Shown here piece after piece: positions 56,654-64,000 of a stretch of 64,000 nt of DNA. Source of the DNA: a virus; the IMG/VR virus record IMGVR_UViG_3300025674_000028, positions 1 to 64,000 of that record; one strand, given 5' to 3'. Position 1 is the first letter of the stretch. Each line of letters begins with the position of its first letter. The notes below the pieces were generated by a model. It searched no databases. It saw nothing but the letters and a program-made list of their open reading frames with translations, and was not told the DNA's origin. Both the position numbers and the translations under genes were made by a program.

Positions 56654-59368
56654 TCAGATTATAGGCACATAGGGAGAATTGATCGCCCTGGAAAAATCAA
56701 GATTGACTTCAGAGCCCTCACACTCGTCCCAATAGTCCGGTTCGTTGAATGTGTGACTCTCACCAGCGCTCAGTGTCTTGTCTTCTTTATACACCCGGAG
56801 CACCTGAGGGCCATTGTCTACGCCAGTGTAGCTCGCAGTCAACGTGACCCGCGAGTCCATGACCCAGATTTCAGCTTGGTCGTACAAGGGCAGCGGTTGA
56901 GGGCATGCGTCTGGATCGGGAGGGTCATCCCCATAGACGTCGCTCCCCACATTGTAGCGCGGGTCATTATAGCCTGTCAGGGCTTCCCTGGCGGTCAATT
57001 GTGTCCGATCTCGAGGATAGGTTGTGCGGTCAAATTCAAGAGTCGTAAACACGAAATCGGACCCGCTGGCACCATCGACGTCAATCCCATTGTAAATCAG
57101 CATGTCACTTGGATTGTTGAATGTGTATGGCGCGATCAGCGGCTCAGTGGCGTGCAGCACGACCCTTAAATTCTCTGGAGGAACGCCCCCGACGTTTTCG
57201 ACCAGCAGTGACCATTGATAGCCGATCCAATTGACAATGTCTCCGTCTGCAACAGTCAAAGTCCCAGCCGTTAGTACGCCGCCACCCCCAGACACAATGT
57301 AGGCGTCTCCGAAACCAGGACTCAGTGCATTCAAGTTGGCGACTGTTTGTTGGCCGACCATGTATCGCGTTGCAGGCTTGTAGTCCTGGTACAACGACTC
57401 TACGACTCGAAGATTGACAAAGTCATCCGGCTGTTGATTATCCCAATCACTGGCAAGCTGAGGAGAGGGGGGCATGCTTACTATTCTAGCGACATAATGG
57501 TCCCTCCGGCCTGACAGTGACGCATAGTCGGTAAGCTCCAAGTCGTCGTGGATCTTCGACGTGATATTGATCAGGACGTCAGTCAAGCCGCACCACACTC
57601 CTATGGCGTTAAGAAGGTATCGCCTGATGCGTTCTGAAAATCTGCTGCTGAACAATCGAATGATGTTGCCTGTCAGTGGACGCGGCAGTGCACGAAACTC
57701 GGCCATCAGGTATTCGACTTGAACGTCTGTCAATACTCGGCTGTATTTCTGAACTTCGTGTGACACCGCTTCAGCCAGCCTCACAGGTGCGCTGACCCAA
57801 TCGTGACACACGGGCATTTCAACCAGCGGGTCAAAACGTTCAACGAGGTCGCCGATTTCTACTGTCGTTTGTAGTCCTGGCGGGTAAGGGTAAATGCGCT
57901 CCCTGTCGACCTCCTCCATGACAATAGCAGGTTGACCTCCCAATGACGTAAAAGACTTAACAACGCCAGGCCGCACTGCGATGGGCGCCCCAAGAAGACC
58001 CCCGATGGCCGAAGACAACGGACCAAGGTGTGGACCGCTGATCAATCCGTACAGTGCGCCGATGATTTGCGTTTTTAGCTTCAACGTATCAGACGATTCC
58101 AAAAGGTCTGCTATGCCAGTAAGGGGCGCAAACATCTTCTGCATCAGCTTGCCATCTAAAGCGACGGCCTCAGCCCACAACCTCGACGCTGGCTGATCTT
58201 CAAATTTTATGTACGCCCACAGGCCCTGCGGATGGCGCAGTAAGTCGTAATCAATGCTGGCGCGCAGAAACCCTTCGTCGTTTGAGACGTTTGGCTGGAG
58301 GATGGGCAGGTGACGAACGTTCGCGTCTACGGATGGGTCGACAAAGTTCACAGTCTCAGGCTTGACCTTGACTATGGAGTCATTGGATGCGAACGCGGGG
58401 ACAGCCTGAGCAACGGCAAGGCTTGGCGTCGTGATAACCCACGAATCCGCCCACCACGGATCAAGATACGTGTCATTTGTGCGTTCGGTGGTAAAGGACA
58501 GCCGGAGGGTTTTGCTTAAAGTAGCGCCGTTGTCCAGGTCATCAACTTGAACTGTGACTTCCGCTCCCTCCGTAGGGTTTAGGCCGTGGGTCGAGCCGTC
58601 ATACCACAACTGGACTTGCAGTCTGTTGCCAGACGTCGTTCCGAGAACTCCCAAAGATGTATATTCGATAGAGTCGCTGGTCAGTGTCGCTGCAAATCCA
58701 TCTTGTCCAGCTTTAATGACAAGCAGACTGACATCGCCTTTTGTGCTGATGCACACGTACAGTCCGCTATGCCTCGATGCGTGTGCCTGGTTACGATTCT
58801 TGTACCCCAGCATGACCCATGCCTTGTCCACCGTCGGCGACAGGACTGCTGTGAAGCTCAAGATCGTCGAAAATCTATACTCTGTGTCGTAGCTAGAAGC
58901 TGAGCGGAATGGCACACCGACAAAAACATCCGGGCCGGTCGTGTAAAGATCGTACTGCGTGCGAAAGTTGTCTTCGTCTACAGCGTACTGCGTGACTTTA
59001 CTTTGCGTGTTCCCAGTGGTGCCGTCTACGATGGACGTGACGTCAGTTTCTAACTCGACTGTGCGCAGTATGTCGTAGTAGAGCCACTTGCGAGGCAGGT
59101 GCAGGGGAAAGTCAATGAGACTGGCTGTTTGGTCGAGGTGAGCCGTCCTGACCATGATGTCAGAGGCGTATTGAATTAGCCCGCGCCACACGCATTCTAA
59201 GATGCGCTGGTCGTTTGCTGGCAACTCTTGCAGGTCGTCAGGAACAATGCCCCATAGAGGAGAGACATTGATGCCCTCAATAGTACCAAGCAAGGGCTCG
59301 TATGATTCTTTGCCTTGCGCCGTCGTGACAACTTCAAGACCGTCAGTGAGCAGCGTAACGAAACTCAT
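56654..59368 (-). CDS. Baseplate wedge/tail structural protein
   Basis: 904 aa; GALYGLISGP...IGGLLG pattern; position downstream of baseplate J. Confidence 0.55.
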   Translation of the reverse strand: MSFVTLLTDGLEVVTTAQGKESYEPLLGTIEGINVSPLWGIVPDDLQELPANDQRILECVWRGLIQYASDIMVRTAHLDQTASLIDFPLHLPRKWLYYDILRTVELETDVTSIVDGTTGNTQSKVTQYAVDEDNFRTQYDLYTTGPDVFVGVPFRSASSYDTEYRFSTILSFTAVLSPTVDKAWVMLGYKNRNQAHASRHSGLYVCISTKGDVSLLVIKAGQDGFAATLTSDSIEYTSLGVLGTTSGNRLQVQLWYDGSTHGLNPTEGAEVTVQVDDLDNGATLSKTLRLSFTTERTNDTYLDPWWADSWVITTPSLAVAQAVPAFASNDSIVKVKPETVNFVDPSVDANVRHLPILQPNVSNDEGFLRASIDYDLLRHPQGLWAYIKFEDQPASRLWAEAVALDGKLMQKMFAPLTGIADLLESSDTLKLKTQIIGALYGLISGPHLGPLSSAIGGLLGAPIAVRPGVVKSFTSLGGQPAIVMEEVDRERIYPYPPGLQTTVEIGDLVERFDPLVEMPVCHDWVSAPVRLAEAVSHEVQKYSRVLTDVQVEYLMAEFRALPRPLTGNIIRLFSSRFSERIRRYLLNAIGVWCGLTDVLINITSKIHDDLELTDYASLSGRRDHYVARIVSMPPSPQLASDWDNQQPDDFVNLRVVESLYQDYKPATRYMVGQQTVANLNALSPGFGDAYIVSGGGGVLTAGTLTVADGDIVNWIGYQWSLLVENVGGVPPENLRVVLHATEPLIAPYTFNNPSDMLIYNGIDVDGASGSDFVFTTLEFDRTTYPRDRTQLTAREALTGYNDPRYNVGSDVYGDDPPDPDACPQPLPLYDQAEIWVMDSRVTLTASYTGVDNGPQVLRVYKEDKTLSAGESHTFNEPDYWDECEGSEVNLDFSRAINSPYVPII

Positions 59369-60717
59369 ACAAAACCTCCAAGCACCTCGGTCCCGCTTGG
59401 ACCTTCACCTGCCGGGGGTGCCAAAGTTTTGCCAAGGTGAACGACAACAGACTGTGGATACAGCGTCTGGTTAATGCTGAGTTTGACTGGGGGCTCGTCG
59501 TAAGTCCGCTGCCACAGCACTTGCCTAAACTCCATGTCAAAGACATAAAGCACGCCGCCATCTTCTAAATCAGTATCCGGGTTAAAACGAACCAGAACAC
59601 CTGGATTTATGCCGTCAAACGCGACATCTAATATTTGACCGGGCGTCGGGATGCTGCTGCCCCGCACTTCCAGTCCAAGATCGTCACCATCAAAAGTCGC
59701 CCACAACTCATAGTTTTCCGGAGCACCTTTTGGGTCGCTGATTTTCAGGATTGCAGAGGCACAGAAGATGTAAGCGCTGCCGTCAGGATCAAATACGATG
59801 CGCGGGATTATTTGCGTGGTAGCGTCAGTTCCGATCTGACTCTCTGCGATAGAGTCAAAGACAAAGCTGGGCAACAATGTCGATGTCAGGGTCCATGAGG
59901 CAGTGCTCGCTCCGCCAGATGCAAAGGCAATGCTTGGTACTAAGGGGCCGTTGGATCTACCAAAAACAACTTCTCCTGCCTTGTAAGCTAAAAAGCACGC
60001 AAAGCCATCGGGACGTATTTTGAAGTCAAGAAATCGGTGCGCGAGATCTGTTGTAATCATCCCAGGCGCTAACTCCAAAGCTTGCCAGGGGCGCGTCCAC
60101 GCTGTAGTGTCGGGGAGACGGTACAGCACTTCCACGGCCTCTTCTCCGCCCACGACGATGACTTCACCATCACCAAAGATGGCGTGCTCTAAAATTGTGA
60201 GCGACATGCCAGGATAATTTGCACACAGTTCGCCGCCCTCAATGACATTGGGAATAGCTGCGTCTGGTAACCCTGGCGCCCTGTAAATTGTATACGTGTC
60301 TTCACCGTAGTCTGCGTTCCACAATGTGTCGCCTTCGCGCAGCACAAAGTACCCGCCGCGGTATAGGCGACTCTTGTGTTTTCGGCGATCTGAGACGCCT
60401 ACGGTGTAGTGGGAGATGAGCTCATCACGGGTGATGTACTCTATACCCTGTGTTTCAATTTCACTCCCATTGCACAAAAAGACATGATTTTCGCACAATA
60501 TGACAAGAGGGGACGGCGGCCACTGCTTCCCAATGTCTGTAAACCATTGCGCTGCATTGCTGTCAGAGTCCAGGCCAGTGACGCTGTAGGTAGACGCATC
60601 GATGAAAGACTCCATACGTCCGGGCGCGTCATAATCTAAGATGGCCGACGATGGGTCCATAATTTCGTCACCGCTGTCATCACTTCGTGACACGGCATCT
60701 GTCGACCGGATGCGCAT
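59365..60717 (-). CDS. Putative baseplate protein, beta-propeller-like (start revised to 60717)
   Basis: GAGG SD; repeated hydrophobic-strand/DG patterns. Confidence 0.5.
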   Translation of the reverse strand: MRIRSTDAVSRSDDSGDEIMDPSSAILDYDAPGRMESFIDASTYSVTGLDSDSNAAQWFTDIGKQWPPSPLVILCENHVFLCNGSEIETQGIEYITRDELISHYTVGVSDRRKHKSRLYRGGYFVLREGDTLWNADYGEDTYTIYRAPGLPDAAIPNVIEGGELCANYPGMSLTILEHAIFGDGEVIVVGGEEAVEVLYRLPDTTAWTRPWQALELAPGMITTDLAHRFLDFKIRPDGFACFLAYKAGEVVFGRSNGPLVPSIAFASGGASTASWTLTSTLLPSFVFDSIAESQIGTDATTQIIPRIVFDPDGSAYIFCASAILKISDPKGAPENYELWATFDGDDLGLEVRGSSIPTPGQILDVAFDGINPGVLVRFNPDTDLEDGGVLYVFDMEFRQVLWQRTYDEPPVKLSINQTLYPQSVVVHLGKTLAPPAGEGPSGTEVLGGFV

Positions 60718-60719
60718 TG

Positions 60720-63700
60720 CTAGTCCTCTTGGTAGTCCCCAAAGCGGTAGACAAACTCGCCAATCCAATTGCTGGGATTTTCGTCAACGAAATCTTGATT
60801 GTTTGCTTTAGCCTGAGCGCGAAGCGTCGTGTCGATCTGACGACACAAGATGGCATCAGGGATTAAGTCACCGATGTCATCAAGCTGAGTGGTGCCACGG
60901 CTGGCGTTGCGCCTAAAGTCACGCAAGTGATCCTGCACCATGACAAAGGCTCGCCCCGTACTGACATAGGTCGCCCCAGCGTCACGCAAAGCATCAACCA
61001 AATCTGACAAGTCTAATGCCTTGCTGACTTGCGCTTCAGCGAATGCGGCTACAACCACGCTGGCTGCCTGCTCCGCCTCTAAGTCCTCAGCTTCGTAATG
61101 AAATGCAATGACAACGCGCGCGGGCGGCATCTGCCGTACAAGTCCTGTGTTTGTCATAGGACGTACAGATGGATCATCCAGCGTCTCCTGAATGTCTGTC
61201 AGACGACTGCCTGTTGGCCCGTAGAGCTGCAGGGTTCTGCCGTCTACTTCTTCCCCGTCATTGAGGTATCCAGTTGGCAGCAAAAGGCTGACGTCGTCGT
61301 CTGCCGACATAAACGTGCCCGGCCGCGACGAGTACAGGAAAAAACCATGCGCGTACAGTTCAAGGGGATCAAACTGAGCGGGCGTATTGAACGGCGGGTG
61401 TTCTACGTCTTGCGGATCGCTGCTTGTGTGGTCAAGACGTGCACAGAAGACATCAAAATTATATGTGCCTTCCGCTGTACGTCCTTGAGCAATCTGCGCA
61501 GCCCGGCTCGTACCCTGCACTATAAAAAGCCGCCCGGTCTCGTTAGAAGGTATGTCTGGCGCAGCGACAATAATCGCGTCACCGCCTGCTTCTATGCTTT
61601 GAATTGGAAAAGCTCGAGCAACCTTGAACCACTCCTGCTCTGATAAATCAGTGTAGTTTGGAGCGTAGGGGTAGGGGTCTGGCCAACCTGCTGTGTCGGA
61701 GATGACTGCGTCAACAAAGGTGTCGGGGATCAAAAACGCCCAATCGCCTGCCCTCGGTGTTCTTGGGCCATCCTCATCGTAGACAATTTGACCAATAAAA
61801 TCCGTCAAATTGGATTCGGCGATGCCGGGCGTGCCCAGTACAAGACGGTCTGTCTCGGCCAGGGTTGCGTCAAGTGGAGTGGCCGCATACGTCGTGGAGC
61901 CCCAATAGAGGGGTCTGTATGGGCCATAGCGCTTCCACGAATCCTTTCCGACGACAGGATTTCCTGGCGACGCCGCCTCGTAACTGACGCCTGAACCTAC
62001 AGGCGTGTATCCGCTGGGGACTGACGGATCGACGTCAAAGTCAATCCCGTCGATACCTATACTGCAAGCAGGGCTTGGAGCCATGGCCTGCGGGCCCGTT
62101 AGGTGAAATCGAACACGCACAGGCGTCGACCCTGCGGTGGCGTCTGCGCTGTGACGCGCCTCCAAAAATTCTACAAATAGTGGGTGTGCAGGATAGGCGT
62201 AAGCCCGTTGCCCATTGGACTTTGGTTGTCCGTTGATGGCATCCATCAACTCAATACGCGACAACCACGCCAAGGGCAGCGGAGTCTCTTGCTCAATCAA
62301 GTTGCGAGTTCTGGGCACGTAGGCAAAGTTTACAAGCTCGGGCGTCTCAACGCCTGGCTTTGTCAACGCTGGATAATTGCCAACAGTGATGACATCTCCA
62401 TTTGCCCCAATTGCTCGTCGCCGTATTAAGGGCAACGCAAAACATGGAACGGATGTGTGTGGCAAGATGCTAGCAGCGTACTTTCCGCGGCTGGAATCCG
62501 TCCAGTCTGCGTTGCTGCGCACAGCTTGCCACCTGAAGCGATCGACATCAATGTTTATGGCAGTATCGGTTGTATCCCACTCAACAACCGTCTTTTGCCC
62601 GTTGGTCAAGATGCCGTTGCCGAGGGACCGCACAATGCCCCGTGACCGGATGCCCGTCAGAGTATCCACCCAAGACTCACGTTCGATAACGTCCCCTATT
62701 TCAATAGGGAAAGCAGACCAGGTGTGACGCACAAAAGGTTGACGATAGATGGAAGGATCGTTGACAACCAAGCCCAGGCTCAAAGCGCGTGTCACGAAGA
62801 CATACTCATTAGACGCAAGGGGTGCACTTGATGTTGGGTCTACTTGAACCGGTGTCGCCGGGTTTCCGTCGTGCTCAATATACCCAATGTCTCCGCTGAC
62901 AAGCAGCAGCCCTTCGTCTCGACAGTTGCTGACTCGTACCGTTGTCGTCTCTTGTTGTGTGCCTCCTTCAGACGTAATCCACAGATCGTAGGCCACGCCA
63001 AGCGACACAAACTCTCCTTGAGTCAAGCTGGTTGAGGAATTGCTGTAGTCCCGCTTGTAGCCTCCTAACACGCCGCTGATAAAGGACGGACCGTAAATGC
63101 GGTCGCGCAGCATAAGCTCATCGCCTGCTCGACTGAGGTAGTAGGCTGACAGTCCCAGCGTCCCAAGCAAATACTCCAGCCCGCCAAAGGAAGCGGCACT
63201 GCGATTGCGGTTGCTGTTTTGAATGCGCGCCAAATAACTTGTTGGATCGTCAGCGTCTGCCCCGCCTTCAATCCGAGTCAAGTTGGTGATGCTGCTTGCA
63301 CCGACTACGCCTGTTGCGCCTCTCGCCTGACCAACCTCCAAATCATAGATTGTCCCTGGCTCTGTCGCGACTACGGGAATGTCTACATAGTAGCGAGTCC
63401 CGTCAATTTGATTGCGCATAGAGGCAGCGGTAATCGTGACAAAAGAGCTTGGCCTGTAGATACGCTCCGGCGCGTCGCCGCTGCTTGCAATCGTGATGCG
63501 CGTCACACCATCGACAGTCAAATTGCGAGGTGTTGGGAAATATGCCCGCATGGTACCTGACGCAAATCGACCGTTTTCGGGGTCGACAAAGAAAGAACTG
63601 CGATGGTCTTCTAGGTCGCTGCCTGACAGCAGCCGGCGATCATTCAAAGACCTACGGCTTTTGGCCGCCTCGTTCTCCAAGTCAAGCGTTTGAAAAATCA

Positions 63701-63935
63701 ATGCCGCGATACGTCCGACGGCGTCACTCAGCGCGCTGTCTTCTATATCGGGAAACTCTTCAGACAGTCGCGCTCTGACAATCGCAAGGACGTCAGACTT
63801 TGGCTGCCCTATGCCAAAATAGGAAGACACCGGAGATGTAAACTCCGCTTGAAACGTGGTGCTGTTTTGATCTACTTCGGGAGCTACAGCGGCCAAGCGC
63901 TCAAGTAAAAACTCGAGTGTATTTTCAGAGGACAT
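60720..63935 (-). CDS. Baseplate J/gp6-like wedge protein
   Basis: FASGTMRAYF, VDIPVVATEPGTIYDL, ITNLTRIEGGADADD..YLARI are Baseplate_J-like motifs. Confidence 0.8.
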   Translation of the reverse strand: MSSENTLEFLLERLAAVAPEVDQNSTTFQAEFTSPVSSYFGIGQPKSDVLAIVRARLSEEFPDIEDSALSDAVGRIAALIFQTLDLENEAAKSRRSLNDRRLLSGSDLEDHRSSFFVDPENGRFASGTMRAYFPTPRNLTVDGVTRITIASSGDAPERIYRPSSFVTITAASMRNQIDGTRYYVDIPVVATEPGTIYDLEVGQARGATGVVGASSITNLTRIEGGADADDPTSYLARIQNSNRNRSAASFGGLEYLLGTLGLSAYYLSRAGDELMLRDRIYGPSFISGVLGGYKRDYSNSSTSLTQGEFVSLGVAYDLWITSEGGTQQETTTVRVSNCRDEGLLLVSGDIGYIEHDGNPATPVQVDPTSSAPLASNEYVFVTRALSLGLVVNDPSIYRQPFVRHTWSAFPIEIGDVIERESWVDTLTGIRSRGIVRSLGNGILTNGQKTVVEWDTTDTAINIDVDRFRWQAVRSNADWTDSSRGKYAASILPHTSVPCFALPLIRRRAIGANGDVITVGNYPALTKPGVETPELVNFAYVPRTRNLIEQETPLPLAWLSRIELMDAINGQPKSNGQRAYAYPAHPLFVEFLEARHSADATAGSTPVRVRFHLTGPQAMAPSPACSIGIDGIDFDVDPSVPSGYTPVGSGVSYEAASPGNPVVGKDSWKRYGPYRPLYWGSTTYAATPLDATLAETDRLVLGTPGIAESNLTDFIGQIVYDEDGPRTPRAGDWAFLIPDTFVDAVISDTAGWPDPYPYAPNYTDLSEQEWFKVARAFPIQSIEAGGDAIIVAAPDIPSNETGRLFIVQGTSRAAQIAQGRTAEGTYNFDVFCARLDHTSSDPQDVEHPPFNTPAQFDPLELYAHGFFLYSSRPGTFMSADDDVSLLLPTGYLNDGEEVDGRTLQLYGPTGSRLTDIQETLDDPSVRPMTNTGLVRQMPPARVVIAFHYEAEDLEAEQAASVVVAAFAEAQVSKALDLSDLVDALRDAGATYVSTGRAFVMVQDHLRDFRRNASRGTTQLDDIGDLIPDAILCRQIDTTLRAQAKANNQDFVDENPSNWIGEFVYRFGDYQED

Positions 63936-63943
63936 GATTGCTC

Positions 63944-64000
63944 CTAAATAGTCACTGCCGACGCTAACTCAACCACGTCATCGCCTTGCACGACTTGCAT
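63944..64000 (-). CDS. 3' end of an upstream gene (by position possibly gp25-like)
   Basis: Open frame ...MQVVQGDDVVELASAVTI* ending in the SD of the baseplate J gene. Confidence 0.4.
   Translation of the reverse strand: MQVVQGDDVVELASAVTI

Noticed and set aside
1-64000. Stop-codon reassignment, tRNA genes, reverse transcriptase, PhuZ tubulin or chimallin
   Set aside because: Long genes are intact in the standard code and end in all three stops. I recognised no cloverleaf or signature motifs by eye, though divergent versions could be missed.

Overview
This window is a segment of a large tailed-phage (myovirus-like, probably jumbo) genome. Most of the minus strand carries virion and morphogenesis genes: a prohead protease running off the left edge (missed by the ORF track), terminase large subunit, portal, gp5/VgrG-like spike, baseplate wedge and J-like proteins, tail fibre-like proteins, and many Gly-rich putative internal proteins. 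Between portal and spike sits a ~2,200-aa single-chain beta-beta' fused multisubunit-type RNA polymerase. A plus-strand replication block (35.2-49.9 kb) encodes a degenerate family-4 UDG-like protein, DnaB-like helicase, DnaG primase, family A DNA polymerase and a Cas4-like nuclease. Three unannotated signals stand out. (1) A 9-mer, GGACATAAG, occurs at least 8 times, always pointing into non-structural genes, and is a candidate promoter for the phage RNAP. (2) An accessory cassette region at 4.3-7.9 kb places unrelated ORFs between a repeated ~200-nt multi-hairpin leader (compensatory base changes, start codon sequestered) and a repeated double-hairpin terminator. (3) A K-x-[S/A] motif is enriched in head-associated proteins and the RNAP N-terminus, a candidate maturation or packaging signal. 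All functional calls come from motif recognition by eye; no database searches were run.
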